64,000 nt of DNA from Bacillota bacterium (GTDB lineage: Bacteria > Bacillota_I > Bacilli_A > RF39 > UBA660), in contig SVAL01000005.1 of assembly GCA_015059405.1 (NCBI GenBank), positions 34,016 through 98,015 on the forward strand, given 5' to 3'. The notes below the pieces were generated by a model that was not told where the DNA came from, did no database searches, and worked only from the letters and a program-made list of their open reading frames with translations. A program made the translations under genes and the position numbers. The stretch's first letter is position 1; the number at the start of each line of letters is the position of its first letter. This document shows positions 8,196 to 16,731 of the stretch, piece after piece.

Positions 8196-10307
8196 ATGAA
8201 GAATAAAAAAGGTTTTACATTAATAGAATTATTAGCTGTAATAGTAATACTAGGACTTTTAATGGCAATTGCGATTCCAAGTGTAACAAAGTATATAACA
8301 GAATCAAGAAAGAAAACAGTAGTTAGTACAATAGGAAACTATATAACAGCAATGGTAAATGAGGTAAATGATTTAACATATACATTTACTGAAGCTAATA
8401 TAATTTATGCAGTACCGATAGAATGTATAGCACTTGAAAGAGGAGGAACAAATCCATTAGGGAAATGGATGCAAGCAAATAATAGTTATTGGGCATATGT
8501 ACTTGTACAATATGATGATGAAACATCTAGTTACAGATATGGTTTTACTTTCAAAGATAGTGCAGGATATGGACTATATCCAACAGCACAATCAAAACTA
8601 AATGAACAAGGTAAACAAATTCAAACGGGTTTAGAATTAACTAGACCTAAAAATGGAAAAGTAACTACTATAACAGCAGTAGATAAATGGAATGGATTTG
8701 ATGTGGATAGTGCAACAAATTTAGTAGTATTAGAATCTACATTAGAAGGTGAAGTAGGGGATGGTAAAAAAACTTGTACTTTGTGCCAAAAAGGAGATAA
8801 CTATAACCAAGTGGAAGAAGAGAAATTAGATAATATTGATACGCCTCTTCATTTCGGTATACCTTATGAAAATATTGAAAATGGAATTAGTGAAGCTTAT
8901 ATTTTTCATGAGGATGGTTCTGCAGATTATTATTATGATTGCGAGTTAAGTTATTCAGGAACGGCGGGTGATTATAGATATTACGAAGGTTATATTGAGG
9001 ATACTCTATTTTATGATATTGTCTTTCAAATTTCAGAGGATAAAAAAAGTATTACAGACTTTTGGGATTTTGATTTTGTTTATACACTTAATCGAAGTTC
9101 GACTTGGTGTGAAACTGAAAACTCAACACTTAGAAGTGCCAAAAACTCAGTGGCTTTTTGGCAGTATAAAGACAAAATTAAAACAATTACATTTCAAGAT
9201 AGCATAAATATTCCAAATGGTATTGATGACAAGTACAAATGGGATGTATCAAAAACACAAAGCGGTACAGTAATGGCGTATATTACACCAAATTCTAGTA
9301 ATTCAGATTTTTATGATTTATATATTCAAGGTGACGGAAAAATATATGCCCCGTCAAATAGTTCAAATTTATTTAAAGATTTTAAATATTTAGATAGTAT
9401 TAATAATATAGAAGTGTTGGATACAAGTAAAGTTATTACAATGTCTTATATGTTTTATAATGCCGGATATAATAGTACTGCATTTACATTAGACTTAGGA
9501 AATAATTTTGATACAAGCAAAGTTACTAATATGTCTTATATGTTTTATAATACCGGATATAATAGTACTGCATTTACATTAGACTTAGGAAATAATTTTG
9601 ATACAAGCAAAGTTACTAATATGTCTGCTATGTTTTATTGTGCAGGTCGTAGCAGCACTGCATTTACATTAGAATTAGGAAATAATTTTGATACAAGCAA
9701 AGTTACTGATATGTCTTCTATGTTTTATTGTACAGGTCGTAGCAGCACTGCGTTTGTATTGAATTTAGGAGATAAATTTGATACAAGCAATGTAACTACT
9801 ATGTATCAAATGTTCAGCGATACAGGATATAATAGTACCATATTTACATTAAACTTAGGAAATAAATTTGATACAAGTAATGTAACAACTATGTATAAAA
9901 TGTTTCATCAGGTAGGTACTAAAAATCCAAATTTCACATTGGATTTGGGAGATAAATTTGATACAAGTAATGTAAAGAATATGTATGGGATGTTTCATAG
10001 TGTTGGAAGTGCTAGTACTAAATTTACATTAGATTTAGGTGATAAGTTTGATACTAGCAAAGTTACTAATATGGGATTTATGTTTATGCAAACAGGGAAT
10101 AAAAATCCAAATTTCACATTGAATTTAGGAAATAAATTTAATACAAGTAATGTAACGGAGATGAGGCAGATGTTTTATCTGACGGGAAGAAATAGTTTAT
10201 TATTTAGCCTTGATTGTAGTACTTGGAATGTTGAGAAAGTAACTAGTTATAGTAATTTCAATTATGGTGTAGAAACTAAAGTAACTCCACCAATATGGAA
10301 ACATTAA
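8196..10307 (+). CDS. Modular type IV pilin. It has a class III signal peptide, a conserved pilin domain of about 205 aa, and C-terminal DUF285-type (BspA/Mycoplasma-like) 30-aa tandem repeats.
   Basis: MKNKKG|FTLIELLAVIVILGLLMAIAIP prepilin motif (Phe+1, Glu+5). The conserved Cys pair is C(IECIAL) and C(KTCTLC). About 9 repeats of LGNNFDTSKVTNMSYMFYNTGYNSTAFTLD follow. I prefer the start at 8196 over 8163. Confidence 0.8.
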   Translation: MKNKKGFTLIELLAVIVILGLLMAIAIPSVTKYITESRKKTVVSTIGNYITAMVNEVNDLTYTFTEANIIYAVPIECIALERGGTNPLGKWMQANNSYWAYVLVQYDDETSSYRYGFTFKDSAGYGLYPTAQSKLNEQGKQIQTGLELTRPKNGKVTTITAVDKWNGFDVDSATNLVVLESTLEGEVGDGKKTCTLCQKGDNYNQVEEEKLDNIDTPLHFGIPYENIENGISEAYIFHEDGSADYYYDCELSYSGTAGDYRYYEGYIEDTLFYDIVFQISEDKKSITDFWDFDFVYTLNRSSTWCETENSTLRSAKNSVAFWQYKDKIKTITFQDSINIPNGIDDKYKWDVSKTQSGTVMAYITPNSSNSDFYDLYIQGDGKIYAPSNSSNLFKDFKYLDSINNIEVLDTSKVITMSYMFYNAGYNSTAFTLDLGNNFDTSKVTNMSYMFYNTGYNSTAFTLDLGNNFDTSKVTNMSAMFYCAGRSSTAFTLELGNNFDTSKVTDMSSMFYCTGRSSTAFVLNLGDKFDTSNVTTMYQMFSDTGYNSTIFTLNLGNKFDTSNVTTMYKMFHQVGTKNPNFTLDLGDKFDTSNVKNMYGMFHSVGSASTKFTLDLGDKFDTSKVTNMGFMFMQTGNKNPNFTLNLGNKFNTSNVTEMRQMFYLTGRNSLLFSLDCSTWNVEKVTSYSNFNYGVETKVTPPIWKH
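9400..10210. repeat. About 9 copies of a 90-nt tandem repeat within the pilin-like gene. Three copies are near-identical at nucleotide level.
   Basis: The unit gacttaggaaataattttgatacaagcaaagttactaatatgtct... recurs with period 90 (9481, 9571, 9661 ...). Confidence 0.8.
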
Positions 10308-10308
10308 A

Positions 10309-10332
10309 ATATTTTAAGGAGACTTTAAGTCT
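10309..10332 (+). terminator. Rho-independent terminator.
   Basis: ggagactt-taa-agtctc followed by T6. Confidence 0.6.
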
Positions 10333-10382
10333 CTTTTTTGTATTTGTGTTTGTGATATGTTATAATTTTTTTGAGGTAGAGT

Positions 10383-11273
10383 ATGAAGAAAAAGATTATT
10401 ACATTTAGTGTTATTTTTATTATATTAATTATAATTGTTTTATCTTTTGTAGTGTCTTTTATTAATGATAGAAAGATTAAGGAAAGAAGAGAGGAAATAA
10501 AGCAATTTGTCATTAATTGTTTAGAAGATAAATATAATGAAAAGTTTGAGATAAAAGAATACTTAGTAGAAGGTGTTCCAGTAGATATTACAACTTTAAC
10601 GGATGAAGTAATAGAAAAATCTAATTTTCATAAGTTTATAGTTTCATCTTCAAGATTGGTAGAATTTGATGTTGTATATATTGAATATTTAGATAATGAT
10701 ATTTATTTGAAAAATAAAGAATCAGATATATTAGAACCTGGTATATACGATAATTATATTTATAATTATAAAATGCGTGATATTAGAAGTGAGATAAGAG
10801 AAGAAGTTAATACTATACTTGGAAATGTTAAAAATATAGATGTATCTTTTACTGATATAGGGAATTATTATATAGAGAATTTGTTGATTAAACAAAGTCT
10901 TGATAGTAAAGAAGAGTTAGAGTTATATAATAAATATTTTAATTTAAATAAAGATATATCAAATAAAGATTTTTATGATAAAACAATGGAAATTAGTAAT
11001 GGAGAATTAATTCTTGATATAGAAGTAAATGATTATATTGTAAATAGTAATCTTTCTAATTTTAAAAAGAAAGTAAAAAAACTTGTTAAATATATTCAAG
11101 GATTAGGATATAAGGAATATAATATTAATCTTACTTTTAATAAATATCAAAGTGCTAATATTGTTAAATATTTAGAAGAAGAAAAAGAACAAATATATTT
11201 AATATTTGATTATGATATTTATTCAAATGAAGATGCTAGTAATAAATTAGGAGCATATATAATTGATAAGTAA
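10383..11273 (+). CDS. Hypothetical protein with one N-terminal TM helix.
   Basis: 296-aa ORF. RBS gaggtagagt upstream. No recognisable domain. Confidence 0.5.
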   Translation: MKKKIITFSVIFIILIIIVLSFVVSFINDRKIKERREEIKQFVINCLEDKYNEKFEIKEYLVEGVPVDITTLTDEVIEKSNFHKFIVSSSRLVEFDVVYIEYLDNDIYLKNKESDILEPGIYDNYIYNYKMRDIRSEIREEVNTILGNVKNIDVSFTDIGNYYIENLLIKQSLDSKEELELYNKYFNLNKDISNKDFYDKTMEISNGELILDIEVNDYIVNSNLSNFKKKVKKLVKYIQGLGYKEYNINLTFNKYQSANIVKYLEEEKEQIYLIFDYDIYSNEDASNKLGAYIIDK

Positions 11274-11302
11274 AAGAAAAGACTACACGTTTGTGTAGTC
11301 TT

Positions 11303-12073
11303 TTAAAGTACATATAAAAGTATTGTGAAGAATTGGAAGATGCTTCCTCCTAATACAAAGAAGTGCCAAATAGAATGTAGATATTTAATTTTATCATCAC
11401 CAATTGCATAGATTACAGCACCTACTGTATAAACGATTCCTCCTACTAGTAGTAAAATAAATCCTGGAGTAGGTAATTTTTCCCATATATCTTTTATTGA
11501 AAAAATTATCATCCATCCCATAAGTAAGTATAATACAAATGATGGTTTATCATATTTTTCTAAATCAATACTATTAAATACAATACCTAGGATAGCTAAA
11601 GCCCACATTATGGTCATCATAATGATTCCTTTAGTACCACCAATAGTTATAAGTAAGAATGGAGTATAACTACCTGCGATAAGTAAGAATATGCTACAGT
11701 GGTCAAATACTCTAAATACTTTTTTAGCTCTATTCCTTGCTAGGGCATGGTATAAGCAACTCATTAAGTAAAGAATAATTAAACTCATTCCATATATGCA
11801 GCTTGATACTACAGCAAGTGCACTTCCTCCTTTAGCAGCACTTATAATACAAAGTATTAGAGCAACGATTGAAAGTAATGCTCCAACTCCATGTGATATA
11901 GAGCTAATTAATTCTTCCCCCAAAGTGTATTTTGGTAAAGTAATTTTTTCTTTTTTAATATTTTTAATAGCTTCTTTTGTTTCTTCAATAATATTTATTT
12001 TTTCTTCTTGTTTATCTATTTTTTTAATTTTATTATTATTTTTCTTTTTCGATGTTTTTTTCTTTTTGCTCAT
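11303..12073 (-). CDS. Hemolysin III / PAQR family channel protein with a Lys-rich N-terminal extension.
   Basis: Seven predicted TM helices. Motifs ISHGVGALLSIVALILCI and SIWHFFVLGGSIFQFF are typical of HlyIII/YqfA. Confidence 0.65.
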   Translation of the reverse strand: MSKKKKTSKKKNNNKIKKIDKQEEKINIIEETKEAIKNIKKEKITLPKYTLGEELISSISHGVGALLSIVALILCIISAAKGGSALAVVSSCIYGMSLIILYLMSCLYHALARNRAKKVFRVFDHCSIFLLIAGSYTPFLLITIGGTKGIIMMTIMWALAILGIVFNSIDLEKYDKPSFVLYLLMGWMIIFSIKDIWEKLPTPGFILLLVGGIVYTVGAVIYAIGDDKIKYLHSIWHFFVLGGSIFQFFTILLYVL

Positions 12074-12161
12074 AAAATCACCTAAGTAATATTATACAAT
12101 AAAATTGGTAAAAAAAGATACTTAATGTTATAATTTAAATATGTGAAAGTGTGGGAAGATT

Positions 12162-12827
12162 ATGCCTAAAAAAGATAGATTAGATATAATATATGAAGAT
12201 AAAGATATAATAGTAGTAAATAAGCCAAGTAAGTTATTAACTATATCAACAGATAATGAAAAAGAAAAGACTTTGTTTCATAAAGTTATTACATATGAAA
12301 AAAAGAAAAATAAAAATAATAAAATATTTATAGTTCATAGATTAGATAAAGATACTAGTGGGATTGTTTTATTTGCGAAAAGTGAAGAATTAAAAAGAAA
12401 GTTTCAAGATAATTGGGATAGTTTAGTTAAAATAAGAGAATATGTTGCGATAGTAGAGGGAGTTCCTCCTAAAGAAAAGGGGACTGTTAGAAGTTGGTTA
12501 AAAGAAACTAAGACTTTACTTGTTTATTCTTCTAATCGTATGGGAGATGGAAAAGAAGCTATTACGCATTATAGAAAAGTAATGGGAAATAAACAATTTA
12601 CTATGTTAGATATTTTAATTGATACCGGAAGAAAAAATCAAATAAGAGTACACATGAGTGATATAGGATGTCCAATAATTGGAGATAAAAAATATAATAG
12701 TAAATATAATACAATTAGAAGAATGGGATTACATGCAAATAAGTTAGTAATTACTCATCCAATAACTGGAAAGGAAATGACTTTTGAATGTGATATTCCT
12801 AATAATTTTATAAAGATAGTAGAATAG
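12162..12827 (+). CDS. RluA-family pseudouridine synthase.
   Basis: Catalytic motif HRLDKDTSGIVLFAK. KPSKLLT in the N-terminal part. 221 aa. Confidence 0.8.
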   Translation: MPKKDRLDIIYEDKDIIVVNKPSKLLTISTDNEKEKTLFHKVITYEKKKNKNNKIFIVHRLDKDTSGIVLFAKSEELKRKFQDNWDSLVKIREYVAIVEGVPPKEKGTVRSWLKETKTLLVYSSNRMGDGKEAITHYRKVMGNKQFTMLDILIDTGRKNQIRVHMSDIGCPIIGDKKYNSKYNTIRRMGLHANKLVITHPITGKEMTFECDIPNNFIKIVE

Positions 12828-12900
12828 GTTCATCTATTCTTTTTTCTTGTGTTTTTTAGTTTTTTGTGGTAAAATATACGCAATTAATGGGGTGTTTGGT

Positions 12901-14787
12901 ATGATAGGTGTTTTTGATTTAGAAGTTTTATTAAAGAGTTATGGAATCGATTATGAGAAAGTTCTTGAAAATAATGAGAAGATTTTGTCATTAGGAGAAT
13001 ATTCTGATATTAAGAAAGTACTTAATTATTTAATTTTAGAACTTGGTCTTCCTACTAAGAATATAGAAAAGTGTCCTAGTGTTTTATATTTTAATGTTAA
13101 TGCTGTACGTACTAATTATGAGTTTTTAAGTAGTACTGGTATTACTATGGATAATGTTAATAATTGTTTACATATTCTTAGTACTGATCCTAACGATTTA
13201 AGAGATTGTTATGAATATATTTTAAATAATTACGGATTTGAAATTTTAAATAAACAAACATCTATTTTAAAGTGGCCTCTTAGTAAGATTAAGAGATATG
13301 AAGAATTATTTGGAAGTTTTTTTGATAAAAAAGTTTTAATGTCAGCGATATTTTATCAAAATGATGAAGATGAAGTTTATAAGATTATTAATACTTGTCT
13401 TAAATATAATTTAGATTTTGAAGGTAATATGTTTAAAAGCACTGCTTCTGATATAGAGAAGATTGTTGTGATATGTCAGAAATATAATATTTTACCTAGT
13501 GGTAGTATTTTTAGAAAGACACCTTTAGAATTAGAAAAAATAATAGAAATATGTAATCGCGAAAAAATTAAAGTAACAGGTAGTGTTTTTCATAGAAATG
13601 CTGATGAGTTAGAAGATTTATTAATTGTTTGTAAAAAATATAAGATTAAACCAGAAGGATCTGTATTTTGTAAAAAGGCAAATGAATTAGAAGATATTGT
13701 TTTACTTTGTAAGAAACATGGTATTAAAGCAAAGGGTACTATACTTAATAAAAGTATTTCAGATATAGAAACTATAATAGATTTATGTAATAAGTATAAT
13801 GTTAAAATAAGTAGTTCTGTTTTTCAAATGAATGCTTTAGAAGTAGAAGATTTATTTATTACTTGTAAGAAATATGGTATTAAATTAGTTGGTACAGTTT
13901 TTAATCGTAATGCTAGTGAGATTGAAGGAATTGTTTCTTTGTGTAAGAAACATAATATAAAATTATCTGGAACTGTATTTAAACAAAGTGATAAGGAATT
14001 AGAAAGAGTAATAGATGTATGTTTAAAAAATAATATTAAGTTAGAAGGTATTGTTTTTGCTAAAAGTAGTTTTGAAATAGAAAGAATAGTAGATATTTGT
14101 AAAAAATACAATATAGAATTAAAGAAAAATGTCTTTTTAAGTAATTCTAAAGATTTAGAAAAAGTAATTAAAATATGTTTAAAACATAATATTAAACCAG
14201 AGGGGAATGTTTTTAGAAGAAAACCTAAAGAGTTAGAAAGAATCATTCTTCTTTGTAAGAAATATAATATTACTCCAAAAGGAACTGTTTTTAGTAAAAG
14301 TGCTGATGAGATAAAGAAAATTATAGATATATGTTTAAAATATGGTATTAAATTAGAAGGTGCTGTATTTAGAAAAAGTGCTAAAGAAGTAGAAAAGATA
14401 GTTAAAGTTTGTGAGAAGTACAATATTAGTTTAAATGGGGGAATATTTTATCGAAGTGCTGATGAAATTGAAAAGAGTAGTGAATACTTAATTAATAATT
14501 ATGGTACTTGTTATGTTAAAAATTTAATTGTATGTAAACCATTTGAACGAATAAAGGAAGTTTTTCCATACTTAGATAGTTTAGGTGTTTTACCAGTTGT
14601 TGTTAAAAGCCCTGGAATACTTGAAATAAAATTAGATGAAATTAAAGAAAGAGAAACAGTTATTAAAAATTTAAATATGCCAATAGTAGATAATCGTGGT
14701 ATGTTTAATACTTTGTTTTCTTTAAGTAGAAATAGATATTATAAAAGAATTGAAAAATTAGGATATCAAAAAGTATTAAGTAAATAG
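12901..14787 (+). CDS. Tandem-repeat protein. About 15 copies of a 26-aa repeat are flanked by mTERF-like helical motifs. Function unknown.
   Basis: The repeat is xGxVFxKxAxELExIVxLCKKYNIKx with period 78 nt, spanning 13420-14460. The N- and C-terminal regions contain Pro-anchored helical motifs resembling mTERF. The mTERF assignment is inferred. Confidence 0.55.
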   Translation: MIGVFDLEVLLKSYGIDYEKVLENNEKILSLGEYSDIKKVLNYLILELGLPTKNIEKCPSVLYFNVNAVRTNYEFLSSTGITMDNVNNCLHILSTDPNDLRDCYEYILNNYGFEILNKQTSILKWPLSKIKRYEELFGSFFDKKVLMSAIFYQNDEDEVYKIINTCLKYNLDFEGNMFKSTASDIEKIVVICQKYNILPSGSIFRKTPLELEKIIEICNREKIKVTGSVFHRNADELEDLLIVCKKYKIKPEGSVFCKKANELEDIVLLCKKHGIKAKGTILNKSISDIETIIDLCNKYNVKISSSVFQMNALEVEDLFITCKKYGIKLVGTVFNRNASEIEGIVSLCKKHNIKLSGTVFKQSDKELERVIDVCLKNNIKLEGIVFAKSSFEIERIVDICKKYNIELKKNVFLSNSKDLEKVIKICLKHNIKPEGNVFRRKPKELERIILLCKKYNITPKGTVFSKSADEIKKIIDICLKYGIKLEGAVFRKSAKEVEKIVKVCEKYNISLNGGIFYRSADEIEKSSEYLINNYGTCYVKNLIVCKPFERIKEVFPYLDSLGVLPVVVKSPGILEIKLDEIKERETVIKNLNMPIVDNRGMFNTLFSLSRNRYYKRIEKLGYQKVLSK

Positions 14788-14863
14788 ATGTTGTAAAGTA
14801 ATTGTTCCTTAATTTACTATTTAATATTATACATGTTATAATTAAATAGTATGAGGTGATAGA

Positions 14864-15514
14864 ATGAGAGTAAGTGATTATTCTTTTAGAGAACTTGATA
14901 AAAGATGGGTAGGAATAGAAGGTAAGAAGTATTGTAAGAAGATAGGTAAAAAGTTAAGGATAAAGAACTTAGCTCGTCCTGTTTTTGGATATTTTTATAT
15001 AGATAAGGAATTTGGTCTATCACTTAGAATTGTTGGTAATATAGAAAAAGATGGACGTAATAAACTTTATTTAGATGAAGAATTTCTTTTTGATAGTGAT
15101 TTGGTTTTGGATTATGATTTTGTTTCAAAATTTGAAATTGAATTATTAAATGAAGAAGTAGTTGAAGTTATTGAAGGTAGTTATGTTTTAGAAAATAAGT
15201 TAGATATTCATTATAAAAATGTTAATAATTTCTTAGATACTAGAAACTTAGAAGAATTAGATCCTTTTAGGAGTACTCAATTTCCTGATGATGTTCAAGT
15301 CTTACTTGTTAATAAGGGAGAAAATCCAGATGAGTTGTTATGGGCTAGAATTGAAGGGATTATGGATGTTAAACCTGATGTTTTAATTTGTAAGTTACTT
15401 GGTGCGTCTTACTATAATGAAGATTATGTTGAGGATGCGATGGTAGGAGTTAAATATTTTAAAGATGAAGAATCTTTAAAAATAGTAGGAATGTTAAGAA
15501 GAAGAGAGAAGTAG
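14864..15514 (+). CDS. Hypothetical protein.
   Basis: 216-aa ORF with RBS gaggtgat upstream. No recognisable domain. Confidence 0.5.
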   Translation: MRVSDYSFRELDKRWVGIEGKKYCKKIGKKLRIKNLARPVFGYFYIDKEFGLSLRIVGNIEKDGRNKLYLDEEFLFDSDLVLDYDFVSKFEIELLNEEVVEVIEGSYVLENKLDIHYKNVNNFLDTRNLEELDPFRSTQFPDDVQVLLVNKGENPDELLWARIEGIMDVKPDVLICKLLGASYYNEDYVEDAMVGVKYFKDEESLKIVGMLRRREK

Positions 15515-15603
15515 TTTTCTCTTTTTTTATGTAATTTGCTTTTTTATTTTAGGTATGCTAAAATTAATTTGCTTGGTTGAATATAAACGAGGTGAATTTA
15601 TAA

Positions 15604-16248
15604 GTGAAAATTAGTAGGATAAAAATCCTTTGTATAATGTTTTTATTGCTATTTGTTATGCTTATAACTGCTGTATTTGGTGATGGTATTAAGTTATATA
15701 TGACTAACAGTGTTAGTAATGTTAATGATGAAGTAATAGAAGAAGATATTAATATTAGTGATGTAGGTAGTAGTATTAGTGGAAAAGCTGATAAGGCAGA
15801 TATTAGTAATATTGCAGTAAAGATTGAAAGAGAAGAAGTTTATGCTGGTTTAACGATTGAAGAATTAACTTTAAAGTTAAATCGTTATTTAAAAGATAAA
15901 GGGGCTTTAGCTAATCAAGGTAGTTTGATAGCGACACAAAGTTTGGCAATGGGTGTTGATCCTTATGTTGCAGTTGCGATTATGATGCATGAAACTGGAT
16001 GTAATAATGAATGTAGTAGACTTGTTAAAAATAAAAATAATGTTGGTGGAATGCGTGGACGTAGTGGTAGATGGCAATCTTTTGCTACTTTAGAAGATGG
16101 AATAAATGGTTTTTTAAGTAATTTATCTAGAAATTATTATAAAAAAGGTTTAAATACTCCAGAAAAAATGGCTAAAAAGTATGCTGGTGGTTCAACTTCT
16201 TGGGCTGGAAAAATAAGAAATTATATGGCTGTAATAGAAAGAGTTTAG
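15604..16248 (+). CDS. Membrane-anchored glucosaminidase-domain (FlgJ-like N-acetylglucosaminidase) peptidoglycan hydrolase.
   Basis: GTG start with RBS gaggtg. N-terminal TM helix. Motif AVAIMMHETGCNNECSRLVKNKNNVGGM matches the glucosaminidase catalytic region. Confidence 0.6.
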   Translation: MKISRIKILCIMFLLLFVMLITAVFGDGIKLYMTNSVSNVNDEVIEEDINISDVGSSISGKADKADISNIAVKIEREEVYAGLTIEELTLKLNRYLKDKGALANQGSLIATQSLAMGVDPYVAVAIMMHETGCNNECSRLVKNKNNVGGMRGRSGRWQSFATLEDGINGFLSNLSRNYYKKGLNTPEKMAKKYAGGSTSWAGKIRNYMAVIERV

Positions 16249-16255
16249 TTACTTA

Positions 16256-16285
16256 AAAAGACGATTAAAAATCGTCTTTTTTTTG
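16256..16285 (+). terminator. Rho-independent terminator.
   Basis: aaagacgat-taaaa-atcgtcttt followed by T8. Confidence 0.65.
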
Positions 16286-16678
16286 TTCGACAAATGAAGT
16301 ATGTTAATCATTAGTAAACTGTTTTGTTTTTTGACATAGAATTAATAAAAATATAAAACCTTGATTTTTAAGGAAAAACAAAAAAATAAAAAAATGGAAA
16401 ATGTCAAATTTTAAAAAGTCAAGTTTTTTTTGAAAAAAGTTTTTTGTAAAAAATATGTTAATAAAGTGTTAAACCCTTGAAAATAAAGGAAAAATGATGT
16501 TTCACGACATTAAAACAGTTTTTGACAAAAAAAGAAAAAAATTAAAAATGTAAAAAATGTAAATTTTGAAAAAATTAATTTTTTTATAAAAATTGTTTTT
16601 TATCTTGATATATAAGGGAAATAGAAAAACGTACCAAACATAAGTTTGAAATTTGATAAAAAAAAGTGTTGAAATTTG

Positions 16679-16710
16679 TTGACTTGTTTTCAATATATAT
16701 ATTACAATTT
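16679..16710 (+). promoter_or_regulatory. Candidate sigma-A-like promoter of nrdD. TTGACT at 16679, then an AT-rich -10 (TACAAT) after about 18 nt.
   Basis: ttgacttgttttcaatatatatattacaat lies about 25 nt upstream of the RBS agaggtaat. Confidence 0.35.
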
Positions 16711-16731
16711 TTTTAAAGAGAAGAGGTAATA

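Noticed and set aside
8968-9207. A 79-aa plus-strand ORF in an alternate frame inside the pilin-like gene.
   Set aside because: It lies within the DUF285 pilin CDS, in another frame, with no independent signals.
13824-14423. A 199-aa minus-strand ORF with its own periodic sequence.
   Set aside because: It is antisense to the 26-aa repeat array of the 12901-14787 gene. Its periodicity mirrors the sense-strand repeat, and it has no RBS.
16502-16693. A 63-aa minus-strand ORF in the nrdD upstream region.
   Set aside because: It lies in an extremely AT-rich non-coding leader, has Phe/Lys/Ile-only composition and no RBS. The region is better explained as regulatory DNA.
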